Assembly (NCBI GenBank): GCA_963790305.1
Contig: CAWBOC010000009.1
Coordinates: forward strand, 672,001-736,000
DNA: 64,000 nt
Direction: 5' to 3'
Origin: an uncultured Gemmatimonadaceae bacterium
Lineage (GTDB): Bacteria; Gemmatimonadota; Gemmatimonadetes; Gemmatimonadales; Gemmatimonadaceae
In this document: positions 33,789 through 43,350 of the stretch, one piece after another
Layout: each line of letters begins with the position of its first letter
How positions within the stretch are numbered: the stretch's first letter is position 1
Made by a program: the position numbers and the translations under genes
The notes under the pieces: generated by a model
Databases searched by the model: none
Seen by the model: only the letters and a program-made list of their open reading frames with translations
What the model was told of the DNA's origin: nothing

Positions 33789-33924
33789 GCATAACTACCC
33801 ACTGCACCTGACGAGCGCGATGTCCAAGGACGCCATCACATTTACGGCCTGTCGCGCTCGGCGCGACCGCGAGCACCCGTCTCCTGCGGAGCCGGACGCT
33901 CGCAGGTGAATGGGAGCGTTCTGC
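33789..33924 (+). repeat. attC 15 (subtype B)
   Basis: gcataac...gacgagcg...cgctcgcaggtg...gttctgc. Confidence 0.85.
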
Positions 33925-34340
33925 GGAACCGGGCCACACGGTTACCTTTATTGTCCATGCGACGCTTGACGGTAGGCGCAACACTCGCCCTCACTGCGTG
34001 CGCCACCCCCTTGCCCCCGAGCCACGCGGACACCAACCCCGTGGAGACGCGCCTCGCCCGACCGGCTCCTATCCAGCGCGCTCAGCTCACCTCCCGCAAC
34101 CGCAGCTCAACCCTACGGGCAGCCCTTTTTTGCTTGTCGTTCGCCCCTGCTGGACGCCCCTGCAACTCCAGTTGACCGACAATAGGCCTGATGACGTTAG
34201 GCTCTTCGTCGTTCGGCTCGCACCAACCGCGATCACTCCTTCTCATCATGGGCCGCTCACGCGATCGAACATGAAAAACTCTGAAAGCGTATCTCGTTTC
34301 GGGCGTCGCTGTGGGATGAGCGTCGTCGCCATCTCTATGC

Positions 34341-34691
34341 TTGGCGGCTATCTCATGCGGCCCTGGCCCACCTTCTCCTACGCTCTGTTCATTCCCGATG
34401 CACGTACGGACCACGCCGGGAACGGAACCGAAGTTCGATTGGGATGCGTGCGAAATGACCGTGCTTTTCGTCACCGTGGAAGGTTCCTCACCCCGTGAGT
34501 TTATGTGGTGGATCGAGACGACAGAAGGCGCTGAGCTGAGGTCGGGCGTCGTGTACGGGCATCCGCCCGAAGGGGCTGTGGAAGTGATCGCGCCTCGCAG
34601 CCTCGTTCGCGGCGAGACGTACGCTGTGCACGTCATGCATCAACCCGGCAGCGGGCGACAGGAGATTGGCGGCGGGGTATTCGGTTACTGA
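34341..34691 (+). CDS. Cassette hypothetical protein (N-terminus probably frameshifted)
   Basis: PKFDW...MWWIE...SGVVYG..PEGA....PRSLVRGETYAVHV. Confidence 0.5.
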   Translation: MAAISCGPGPPSPTLCSFPMHVRTTPGTEPKFDWDACEMTVLFVTVEGSSPREFMWWIETTEGAELRSGVVYGHPPEGAVEVIAPRSLVRGETYAVHVMHQPGSGRQEIGGGVFGY

Positions 34692-34902
34692 CCGCGGCAT
34701 TGAGAGCGCAGCACCAGTTCTCTCTGCGTTAATACGCGGGGCGTGGGTTCGAGTCCCATCTTGGGAGTCATTGCACCGGAGTCTCCGACCCGCCGACGAG
34801 CACGCGCTCGAGGACCTTCTCGCGAGCAGCCGCGAGCACGAACATCACTAGCGCGTCCCCAGCACCGCGAACAACCTGATCGGACTCGTGTGGTTGGGTT
34901 CG

Positions 34903-35100
34903 GGTCGAATTGAGCGGGCGGAATGGAATGCTACTTTTTTTGTTATTCCATCGCTGTACGCAGCGTTAGCCGGCGCAATACTTTGGTACGCGGCACATAC
35001 ATCATTGGTGCATTGCCGCTTACGGTGGGGTGTTCCATAGTGAGGACAGCGGCCTACGCTTCGTGTGCCGCGAAAACTTGCTGCAGAATAGGCGTTATGC
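34903..35100 (+). promoter_or_regulatory. Second, diverged copy of the attI region inside the array (crossover at 35094)
   Basis: About 85% identical by eye to 23945-24143; identical 3' end cgaaaacttgctgcagaataggcgttatgc. Confidence 0.85.
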
Positions 35101-35211
35101 GGCTACAGGCTATGACTCAAGTCGAACCGGGGCCTACTCAGCTGAGAATACGCATTGCGGGCGTGGAGTGCGCGTGACCTCCTATGTGTGCGAATCGTTT
35201 CTCAATACCGT

Positions 35212-35640
35212 ATGACACACCGTTGCTCTACGGCCGCACGCTTCCTCTTAGCGACGCTGTTGAATGCGGGCCTCCTTCTGGTTCGGAGGCTGGCTGAGTG
35301 CCCGTGGGCGCCCTGGCAACAATGGGTCTTCGGCCTGCCCTATTTCCTCGCATGCTGTTCCTCCTGCCGATCCTGCTCCTCGCGCCTCGGGGTCCGCGCA
35401 CTGCCCGACCCCGTGAGTATCGTCACAGCCAGTGCGCTCTCCTACCTTCTTGCTGGTGCCGTTGACTGTCTACCTGGCGTACGTACTTCTTCGCCAGGGC
35501 CGCCAAGGGTAGCATTCACCGTGGGCGGTCGTAGATGCTGCTTTTGCTTGCCGGCGCACTATCTCTGGGCTGGATTGGCTTCATGTTGTATCACGCCTTC
35601 CTCTCGTTCGCCCGCAAGAAACGTCGCAGCGCTAAGTTAA
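35212..35640 (+). pseudogene. Frameshifted membrane-protein cassette gene
   Basis: Hydrophobic segments alternate between frames (TLLNAGLLLV, IVTASALSYLLAG, LLLAGALSLGWIGFMLY). Confidence 0.4.
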
Positions 35641-35714
35641 CCTCACCGCACCCTTCGGTGCCTGGAAAGCAGATGCCATGGCGATCACTTGCGGGACAAT
35701 TCACGAAGGCGCCT

Positions 35715-35850
35715 GCATAACTAGCATGTTGCACCTGACGAGCGCGATGTTTAAGGTAGCCATCACATTTCACCGCCGTCGCGCTCCGCGCGACAGCGAG
35801 CACCCGTCTCCTTCGGAGACGGACGCTCGCAGGTGAACGCAGCGTTATAC
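35715..35850 (+). repeat. attC 16 (subtype B)
   Basis: gcataac...gttatac. Confidence 0.88.
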
Positions 35851-36168
35851 AGACGGCCAGGCATTCAACCGCCAGGAACAGCACGACGACTTAATTGTTG
35901 GCTCCTCGCGCTCTCGTAAGTGCGACGCACCAAGCGCCGCTCGTGGAGCGCGGTGCGAGTTCGCGCACCACGAGGTGTCATTGATTTCGACCGCGATAGC
36001 TCCGCCGGACACGCTGCTGGCGGCACAAGCGGTCGGCCGTTCGGAATTCTGTGCGGCCACGGTGGGACAACTCGTCATGCACGCTCTTGCAGTGCACCGC
36101 CCTGCCGCACATTGTGGAGTCCGCGCTCAGCGCACGTAGCGCCGGTGATTCGGAGTGGGCTGTATAAC
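35844..36168 (+). other. Probable ORF-less cassette, unrelated to the four-member family
   Basis: gttatacag...ctgtataac boundaries; only low-credibility ORFs. Confidence 0.55.
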
Positions 36169-36296
36169 TAGCTGTTGCAACTGGCAGGCGCGACGTCCAA
36201 GGAAGCCATCACAGTTCGTGTGCTTCAAGCGCAGCAGGAAAGCGCGCTATCGCGCGCTTTTGAGCAAGCCGCCTGCAGTTGAACGCAGCGTTCTGC
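36162..36296 (+). repeat. attC 17
   Basis: gtataac...gttctgc. Confidence 0.9.
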
Positions 36297-36449
36297 CGAC
36301 GCGCGGTCGTCAGTTCCACGCGCTTCTCGCGACCGGCGTTGATGCAGGCCAAGACTCCCCTAACCATTTGGCGTACTCGCGCTCCGGCAATGCCACAATG
36401 TCGTGAGACAGTAAGAAGCCAGCACGTTAGCGCGTCCACCCTGATTCGG

Positions 36450-37000
36450 GTGGGTCTCACACTGCTGATCGCACTTGCCGTCGCCGGCTGCGAGCAGCGG
36501 CAGGACGCCAGTCGAGCAGCGTCCAGCGGGGATAGTCAACGAACGACGGCCACTCTCCGACTCCCTACCCATTCGACGACTCGAGCCATCGATTGCAGGG
36601 ATCTACCGTTTCAATAGCGGTATTCCCGACAGCACGTTTACCACCGTACGCGACGTAGTTCGTCTGGGAGGACATGTGGCGTCGATTGAGCGCACAACAC
36701 AGGCCGGTTCGGTCGCCTCCGCCTGTCGACTTCCAAAAGGAGATGGCAGTGGTCGCGACCCTGGGCGAGAGACGCACCACCGGCTACGTGATCACTATCG
36801 AGGCCGTGAGCGACCGCGGTGCATACCTCGAGGCTCACATATGGCGTCGCGCGCCCGGACGGGATTGCGGCGTAGGCGGAATGGTCACCGCGCCTGCAGA
36901 CGTTGCCATTGTTCCGCGACGCGAGGTGGAGGTCCGCGTGCTCACGCATGATCGTGTAACGGACTGTAGTAGGCGTCGTGAGCCCGACCTCCGTAACTGA
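36450..37000 (+). CDS. Lipoprotein with PrcB C-terminal-like domain (two frameshifts), inside ORF-less-family termini
   Basis: LIALAVAGC lipobox; PPVDFQKEMAVVATLGERRTTGYVITIEAV...PGRDC...VTAP. Confidence 0.6.
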
Positions 37001-37059
37001 GCGGTCGCCCGCGTGGCGAGTTGATGGCGCGGGTCGGCGACGTGGCCTGGAAGGGCGCG

Positions 37060-37198
37060 GCAGAACTAACCGTAGCACCTGACGAGCGCGAGTGTTAAGG
37101 TAGCCATTGCATTTAACCGCATGTCGCGCTCCGCTCGACACGAGCGCCCGCACGCTTCGCGCGAAGATCGCTCGCAGGTGAACGGTATAGCGTTCTGC
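37060..37198 (+). repeat. attC 18 (subtype B)
   Basis: gcagaac...gttctgc. Confidence 0.9.
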
Positions 37199-37458
37199 AG
37201 ACGCGCGGCCGTCTGTTCCACGCGCTTCGCGCAAGCGGCTGATCGAAAGGGCGAGTGGCTTTCTTAATCATTGAGGACTGAAAGCGCCGATCGCCACGAA
37301 GGACGCGTCTTGAGTCCCTTCCTTAGCAAAACGATCGCGATCACGCCGCGGCGGGTGGATGGTCCGAGGACTCGTCCCAGAAAAACACCGGCGAGCAAAC
37401 GCGGCGAACGAGTTGGTGGCGCGGGCCGACGGCGTGGCCAAGAAAGGCGCGGCAGAAC
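37192..37458 (+). other. ORF-less cassette, family member 2
   Basis: Shared termini and internal blocks with 30074 and 39517 cassettes. Confidence 0.75.
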
Positions 37459-37591
37459 TGACCGTAGCACCTGACGAGCGCGAGTGTTAAGGTAGCCATC
37501 ACGTTTGAACCCCTTCTCGCGCTGCGCGCGAGGCTGAGCGCCCCGCCCCTTCGGGGCAGACCGCTCGCAGGTGAACGGTATGGCGTTCTGC
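37452..37591 (+). repeat. attC 19 (subtype B)
   Basis: gcagaac...gttctgc. Confidence 0.9.
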
Positions 37592-37611
37592 AGCTTCACT
37601 AGCTTTGTCGC

Positions 37612-38043
37612 ATGGACGTTTCGGCCACACTCCAACTAGGCGTCGAGATTCTCACGCCGGTACTCGCGCCCCACGGCTTTCACTTCGAGTTCCGAGAATC
37701 CGACAAGGGGAGCGGGGGGCATTTCGCCTGGGGCCAGTTCGTCCGCGGTGATCGCCGCCTCGAGCTGCACTTCCGGCACGCCCTCGGCTTAGTCACGTAT
37801 CACCTGGGCGACGTCGTTCTCACCCATGAAGACTTTATGCGGGTGGCGCTTGGTGGCGCGCGGGAGAATGCCTATCCCGGATTCTCGAATGACCCGCTCG
37901 ACGGGTTTCGTCACCTCCGACACGATCTCGAGCGCTTTGCTGCCGCCTTCCTCGCAGGCACCGACGCTCAATTCAAGGCGATCGTGGACCAGGCGCGCTT
38001 GCATCCACCCGCGCGCGGCTTGCGGGCGATAGATCGCGCATAA
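37612..38043 (+). CDS. Cassette hypothetical protein
   Basis: 143-aa ORF exactly filling a cassette bounded by gttctgcagctt/aagctgcagaac. Confidence 0.75.
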   Translation: MDVSATLQLGVEILTPVLAPHGFHFEFRESDKGSGGHFAWGQFVRGDRRLELHFRHALGLVTYHLGDVVLTHEDFMRVALGGARENAYPGFSNDPLDGFRHLRHDLERFAAAFLAGTDAQFKAIVDQARLHPPARGLRAIDRA

Positions 38044-38047
38044 AGCT

Positions 38048-38184
38048 GCAGAACTAACGGTTGCAACCGTCAGGCGCGACGGCCAGGGTAGCCATCGCAG
38101 TTCGTGTGCTTGAAGTGCTACGGCAAAGCGCACTATCGTGCGCTTTCAAGAGCGCCGCCTGCAGTTGAACCGCGCGCGTTCTGC
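38048..38184 (+). repeat. attC 20
   Basis: gcagaac...gttctgc. Confidence 0.9.
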
Positions 38185-38265
38185 GGATGCTAGAGTCCGT
38201 CCCGACTTTGAGGTGGCTGGCCGTCGCGCTCCGTGGCATATTCCAGCTTCTCCCGACCCCGTCTC

Positions 38266-38457
38266 ATGGATATCAAGGCCGAAGCACGACGCCTCATCGA
38301 TCAGCTCCCCGACGACGCCACATGGGATGATCTCATGTATGAGATCTACGTCCGCCAGGCCATCAATGCCGGGCTCGCCGACGTCGAGGCCGGCCGCGTC
38401 ATCCCGCACGAGGAAGTCCGCTCCCGCCTCGGCCTCGGGAAGAAGCGCTCGGCGTAG
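38266..38457 (+). CDS. Putative antitoxin upstream of RelE/ParE toxin
   Basis: LIDQLPDDATWDDLMYEIYVRQAINAGLADVEAGRVIPHEEV; overlaps the toxin start. Confidence 0.8.
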   Translation: MDIKAEARRLIDQLPDDATWDDLMYEIYVRQAINAGLADVEAGRVIPHEEVRSRLGLGKKRSA

Positions 38458-38744
38458 TGCGTGTCCTTTGGTCGGAAGGGGCGCTCCAACACCTCGCGGC
38501 CATCTATCAGTACATCGCGCAAACGTCGCCCGTCTACGCCGAAGGCGTTGTCGACCGCATTTGGCACCGGAGTGGACAACTCGGAGAGTTCCCTGACTCC
38601 GGCCGCGAGGTCCCTGAGTACAAGCGACCAGACATTCGCGAGATCATCCAGGGGTCCTATCGCGTGATCTACCGACGAGGCAGCGACGCGATTCAGGTTC
38701 TCGCCGTCATCCACGGCGCGCGCCGCTTGCCTCCGCTCCGTTGA
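38457..38744 (+). CDS. RelE/ParE-family toxin
   Basis: VLWSEGALQHLAAIYQYIA...FPDSGREVPE...IREII.GSYRVIYR...VLAVIHGAR. Confidence 0.88.
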   Translation: MRVLWSEGALQHLAAIYQYIAQTSPVYAEGVVDRIWHRSGQLGEFPDSGREVPEYKRPDIREIIQGSYRVIYRRGSDAIQVLAVIHGARRLPPLR

Positions 38745-38766
38745 TGTCGACATCGCCAACGGCACC

Positions 38767-38903
38767 GCAGAACTAACGGTTGCAACTGTCAGGCGCGACT
38801 GTTAGGGTAGCCATCGCAGTTCGTGTGCTTCAAGTGCAACGGCCAAGCGCACTGTCGTGCGCTTTCAAGAGCGCCGCCTGCAGTTGAACCGTGGGCGTTC
38901 TGC
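38767..38903 (+). repeat. attC 21
   Basis: gcagaac...gttctgc; near-identical to attC 20. Confidence 0.9.
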
Positions 38904-38973
38904 GTACACCGAGCCCCGTTCGAAATTGTAGCTTCGTAGCCTCGCGGTTCGTACCCACTGACGCGCTTCGCTT

Positions 38974-39360
38974 ATGCCTCAGGATCGCAAGACCGGTGCA
39001 GCCGGCAATCAGTTCGGCCACGAGAACGCACCGAAGATCGCCGAGGCAATTGGTGCTACTCTCACGCGCGACGGTACTAACGAGGCCATGTGGGAAGGCA
39101 AGCGCGCAGTAATCAAATCCGCTCGAAAAAACACCTCGAGCGTCGGTGTCACCTATTCCATGCTCGACACTCTAGACGTCGTCATCGCGGCCTTTCAGCA
39201 CAGAACCGGCCCTTATGATGTCTACGTTCTTCCCGCTGCCCGATTTGCCGAGCTGGCTGTCGATAGCCGCAGCAGCGGTGCCGCTGGTGGCGTCGGTATC
39301 GTGTCGCGAAAGGCATTTATGGAGGAAGGAAAACGCATTAAGGTAGTGCGAGCCTCCTAG
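38974..39360 (+). CDS. Cassette hypothetical protein
   Basis: 128-aa soluble ORF filling the cassette. Confidence 0.7.
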   Translation: MPQDRKTGAAGNQFGHENAPKIAEAIGATLTRDGTNEAMWEGKRAVIKSARKNTSSVGVTYSMLDTLDVVIAAFQHRTGPYDVYVLPAARFAELAVDSRSSGAAGGVGIVSRKAFMEEGKRIKVVRAS

Positions 39361-39388
39361 CTCGACGTTAGGGCTCACCGCGCCTGAC

Positions 39389-39523
39389 GCAGAACTAGCT
39401 GTTGCACCTGTCCGGCGCGATGTTCAAGGAAACCATCACGTTTGATCGCCTTCAAGAGCAACTGCAAAGGCGGGCGTTCGCCCGCCTTTGCAAAGCCGCC
39501 TGCAGGTGAACGCGGCGTTATGC
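39389..39523 (+). repeat. attC 22
   Basis: gcagaac...gttatgc. Confidence 0.88.
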
Positions 39524-39761
39524 CGACGCGCAGCAGTCACGTCCACGCGCTTCTCGCGGCCGGCATTCGTGAAAAGAACGGCACTTTCTTTTGAACGTCA
39601 CGCTGCTTGAGCTCCGCGCACGACGGCCACGTAGGCTTCGCCATCACGCCGCAGCGGGTGGACTCTTGCAGCTCCCAGCGCGGCAAGACGGTGCAGTTCG
39701 CGTTAGCTAGTCAGCTTGGTGGCGCGCTTCGGCTGCGTGGCCAACAAAGGCGCGGCATAAC
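39517..39761 (+). other. ORF-less cassette, family member 3
   Basis: Shared termini and internal blocks; core is gttatgccg/cggcataac. Confidence 0.75.
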
Positions 39762-39894
39762 CAACCGTAGCACCTGACGAGCGCGAGTGTTAAGGTAGCC
39801 ATCGCGTTTGAACCCCTTCTCGCGCTGTCGCGCGAGACAAGCGCCCTGCCCCTTCGGGGCAGACCGCTCGCAGGTGAACGGTATAGCGTTATGC
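39755..39894 (+). repeat. attC 23 (subtype B)
   Basis: gcataac...gttatgc. Confidence 0.9.
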
Positions 39895-40027
39895 AGCGAC
39901 CGAGGTCATCGTGTCGACCGGCTCGTCGCCCCGCATGATACAAGCTGGAGACAGGCTTAGTGATCGCGATTTCCTGGAGTCAAACCGGCGAGACGGAAGA
40001 CGCGGAGGTGGTTCCGTTACCACGCAA

Positions 40028-40510
40028 TCACGAGCTTTTTCGTGTCAACTGTACCACCTGCGTACTCGGGCGCCCCGCTGCCGTAGCGCGGTAGATCAGA
40101 TCGACCCGGTCGTCACTCAAGAAGACCAGTTCCAGGTTCGTCGTATGATAAGCCTGCGGATGCGAAAGGTTCGTAATGTCGTACATCGTGAACGTGATCT
40201 TGCTGTCGCTCAGCGTCTCCAGACGCATGCGCGGCTGGTTGCCGCGCGCGCAATAGTGTGTGAGCGTAAGCTTGTCGCCGTCCAGTTTGAAGATCGTGAG
40301 TTGCCCGGCTTCGTCCTGGATGAGCGTCTTGCCGCCGTCCGTCACCCGGTACGTCGTGACACCCCGTGATCCGCCACCACTCATGCTCCAGCTGCCGGTA
40401 AGCCCTTTGAGGCGGTCGAAGCCCGTGCGGCCGTCAAGCTGCTGGCTTTGGGCTGTTGCCGCTTGCGATAACGTCACGAGTGCCGCCAGACAAATCGTCT
40501 TCGCCAGCAT
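40028..40510 (-). CDS. Secreted hypothetical protein, reverse-oriented in cassette
   Basis: GGAGG RBS, signal peptide, FDRLKGLTGSW, LTHYCARGNQPRM. Confidence 0.75.
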   Translation of the reverse strand: MLAKTICLAALVTLSQAATAQSQQLDGRTGFDRLKGLTGSWSMSGGGSRGVTTYRVTDGGKTLIQDEAGQLTIFKLDGDKLTLTHYCARGNQPRMRLETLSDSKITFTMYDITNLSHPQAYHTTNLELVFLSDDRVDLIYRATAAGRPSTQVVQLTRKSS

Positions 40511-40673
40511 GCTGGTGCCTCCGATTTGGTAGTTACATGCCACTGCCTCATTGAATCCGACACCTTCGGGAACGGAGAGGTTGCCCTTTGACAACGAACA
40601 GGTATCCGCTACCAAGTCGCTGAAGGGTGCGATGGGTCTCTCACACTACGTAGGGAGTGGGTACCGCCGGGCT

Positions 40674-40806
40674 GCATAACTAGCTGCTGCAACTGTCAGG
40701 CGCGATGTTCAATGAGGCCATTGCGGTTGGTCGCCTTTAAGTTCAACTGCACGGCGCGCGTAGCCCGCCTTCGAAGAGCCGCCTGCAGTTGAGCGCGGCG
40801 TTATGC
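40674..40806 (+). repeat. attC 24
   Basis: gcataac...gttatgc. Confidence 0.88.
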
Positions 40807-40940
40807 GCGACACCAAGCTCCTTTTTTGCGTCGAGTCTTTCGTGACGTCGAGTACTTCGTCGAATACGCTCTTCACGAAGGAACCGCCTGGGGGCGTCAG
40901 CATTCTTCTTTCAGGCAACTATCGAGGCGGAGGTTCGGAC

Positions 40941-41411
40941 GTGTATCTGGCAATGAAGACTCTGCATGTCCTCGCGGTCGTTCTCTTCCTGGGGAACATC
41001 ATCACCGGCATCTTTTGGAAGGTCCACGGCGACCGGACCGCCGACCCGCGGATTATCGCGCACACTCTTGAAGGCATTATCCGCAGTGACCGGTGGTTCA
41101 CCATTCCCGGGGTGGTACTCATCCTCGGGTTCGGGGTGGGGGCCGCCGTCATCGGTGGGCTTCCGATCTTGGGCACCGGTTGGATTTGGCAGTCGATCGC
41201 CCTCTTTGCGGTCTCGGGACTGGCCTTCATGCTGCAGGTGGCGCCCCTACAGCGCCGCCTCCAAGCGTTGGCCTCGGTTGGAGTGGGCGGCGGGCCCTGG
41301 GACCAGGTGGCGTACCGCCGACTCTCGCGCCGGTGGGAACTCTGGGGAGTCGTGGCCCTTGTGACGCCTCTGGCGGCCTTGGTCTTGATGGTCTACAAGC
41401 CTAGCCCGTGA
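40941..41411 (+). CDS. DUF2269-like membrane protein
   Basis: GGAGG RBS; KTLHVLAVVLFLGNI, DRWFTIPG, LMVYKP C-terminus. Confidence 0.75.
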   Translation: MYLAMKTLHVLAVVLFLGNIITGIFWKVHGDRTADPRIIAHTLEGIIRSDRWFTIPGVVLILGFGVGAAVIGGLPILGTGWIWQSIALFAVSGLAFMLQVAPLQRRLQALASVGVGGGPWDQVAYRRLSRRWELWGVVALVTPLAALVLMVYKPSP

Positions 41412-41420
41412 GCGCGCGAT

Positions 41421-41441
41421 GCATAATGAGCAGCGTTATGC
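41421..41441 (+). repeat. Collapsed attC remnant
   Basis: gcataat-gagcagc-gttatgc: R''-like and R' with the interior deleted. Confidence 0.65.
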
Positions 41442-41498
41442 GACTACCAATGTCTCGTCAGCCAGACCCGACGAATCCTCCGACCAAGGAGTTGAGGA

Positions 41499-42035
41499 AT
41501 GGTGGCTTTAGGGGCACGGGAAGAGGCGGTCATTCGGAAGCACAGAGCGTCGGCGAAGAAAGCGGCGAGTACGCGGACGCGTCGCGCGGCTGGCAGAAAG
41601 GCAGCCACAGCCAGCAGCACACCATCCGTCATTCCGATGATCTCTTACGAGGATGGGATCGCGGCTTTGGAATGGCTTGCCAAGGCCTTCGGGTTTCGGG
41701 AGACGTCACGTGTCACAGGGCCGGACGGGAGGCTGTCGCACGGCGAGATGGAAGCAGGCGACGGATTGATCATGCTAGCGTCTCCCACACCTGACTACCG
41801 TAGTCCGAAACGCCATCGGGAGATTTGCGAGCAGGCGCGTATCTGGTCGGCGGTGCCATGGATTATCGACGGTGTGCTCGTTTACGTAGACGACCTCGAT
41901 CGACACTTCAAACGAGCAAAAGCAGCAGGTGCGACGATCCTTTCTGATATTCAGGAGGGGCCGCCTGGCCGGCGATATCGGGCGGAAGATCTCGAAGGGC
42001 ATCGTTGGTTCTTTTTCGACAGCGACGAAAAATGA
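41499..42035 (+). CDS. VOC/glyoxalase-family protein
   Basis: PMISYEDGIAALEWLAKAFGF, VYVDDLDRHFKRAKAAGA, YRAEDLEGHRWFF. Confidence 0.85.
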   Translation: MVALGAREEAVIRKHRASAKKAASTRTRRAAGRKAATASSTPSVIPMISYEDGIAALEWLAKAFGFRETSRVTGPDGRLSHGEMEAGDGLIMLASPTPDYRSPKRHREICEQARIWSAVPWIIDGVLVYVDDLDRHFKRAKAAGATILSDIQEGPPGRRYRAEDLEGHRWFFFDSDEK

Positions 42036-42045
42036 AGCCTTGGCT

Positions 42046-42140
42046 GGCTAACGAGCCGCTGCAGCCGACGAGCGGCGTGAGGAGGTCGGCTGAATCGAGA
42101 CAGTCCCGTGCCGCTCGCGGCTGAGCGGCAAGCATTAAGC
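42046..42140 (+). repeat. Foreign-type attC with mutated R' (ATTAAGC)
   Basis: ggctaac gagccgctgcagccgacgagcggc ... gccgctcgcggctgagcggcaagc attaagc. Confidence 0.75.
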
Positions 42141-42151
42141 GGAGCATCCCG

Positions 42152-42736
42152 ATGGTGAGTGCCACGCGCATGTGTGCGATTCCGCTTATGCTGCTCGGCG
42201 TAGGATCTGCCCCCGCGCAAGTATCGATTTCGCAGGGAAAGAGCGGTCGGGTTGTGGTACTTCCCGATTCGGCAATGCCTCATGTGCTTACGCGATGCTC
42301 GCGCGGCGGACCAACCGGGGTGTCCGGATTCTGGCGCCCTACTCCCGCTGACGTCGCCACGGCCGAGGAGGCCGTCGATCGCGCTCTTGCCCGCGCTCTC
42401 GATAGCGCTATCGCGCGCGACTCCGCCGGCCACAGGGAGTGGCTCGGCCGTCCGCGAACGAGTTGGCCGGATGAGTATTACCGTCAATATGCTGGGCTCA
42501 CGTATCGCGATGGCCGTCGCACCATTTACGTCAACGGATTGGCGGCAGGATGGCCCAGAGAGCTAAGCGAACGCGTCGGACAGTCTGAGGCCGCGGGCTC
42601 CGATCCGTTCGCCAAACCCGACTGGTGGCGGTTTAACGCCGCGCACGTCTGTGACGGCGGCGTGTTCTTTTTCGGCGCCGAGTATGACCCATTGAGCAAA
42701 CGGGTGCTTGCATTTCAGTTCAACACTCGCGCTTGA
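42152..42736 (+). CDS. Secreted hypothetical protein
   Basis: Signal peptide; YYRQYAG...IYVNG...VCDGG..FFGAEYD. Confidence 0.7.
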   Translation: MVSATRMCAIPLMLLGVGSAPAQVSISQGKSGRVVVLPDSAMPHVLTRCSRGGPTGVSGFWRPTPADVATAEEAVDRALARALDSAIARDSAGHREWLGRPRTSWPDEYYRQYAGLTYRDGRRTIYVNGLAAGWPRELSERVGQSEAAGSDPFAKPDWWRFNAAHVCDGGVFFFGAEYDPLSKRVLAFQFNTRA

Positions 42737-42766
42737 GTCAGCGTCAGCCCACTATCACGACCAGTC

Positions 42767-42901
42767 GCATAACTAGCGCTTGCAACTGTCAGGCGCGACG
42801 TTTAAGGAAGCCATCGCAGTTCGACCCATATGAAGTGCAACGGCAAAGCGCGCGTTCGCGCGCTTTTGAGCGCCGCCTGCAGTTGAAACGCGGCGTTATG
42901 C
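42767..42901 (+). repeat. attC 25
   Basis: gcataac...gttatgc. Confidence 0.9.
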
Positions 42902-42912
42902 GGACACCAGAC

Positions 42913-43146
42913 ATGACTCGCAATCTTACTCGATTCGCCCTTTGGATCGCGCTGACTGTTGTGGGCTCCACTCTGCTCGTCGTGCTCGCCTACTTCGTGA
43001 CCGGTTCCCTTGAGCAATTCCCCACAGAGGAGCAGCAAAACAACGTTCGAGTCGTAACAGGTGTCCTTGCGACCATACTGGTCGCCATCGAGATCGGGCT
43101 GTGGACCCTTCTTCGCCATACGAAGTCAAACGGACCCTCCCGGTGA
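42913..43146 (+). CDS. Small two-TM membrane protein
   Basis: Two hydrophobic helices around GSLEQFPTEEQQ. Confidence 0.65.
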   Translation: MTRNLTRFALWIALTVVGSTLLVVLAYFVTGSLEQFPTEEQQNNVRVVTGVLATILVAIEIGLWTLLRHTKSNGPSR

Positions 43147-43176
43147 GCGCGCTCCCAGAGCATCGCCGCGCCTGCC

Positions 43177-43324
43177 GCAGAACTAGCTGTTGCAACTGGC
43201 AGACGCGACGTCTATGGTAGCCATCGCGACTGAACCCCTTGAAGATTCGGGAGCGGTTCACCGACGTCCAAGGTGTCGACGAAGTGCCGCAGAACTAACT
43301 GCTACACCTGTCAGGCGCGATGTC
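43177..43324 (+). repeat. Two truncated attC left halves (43177-43244 and 43289-43324)
   Basis: gcagaactagctgttgcaactggc...cccttgaag and gcagaactaactgctacacctgtcaggcgcgatgtc, both lacking right arms. Confidence 0.75.
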
Positions 43325-43350
43325 GTCGAAATTCAATCTCGGACCCTCAT

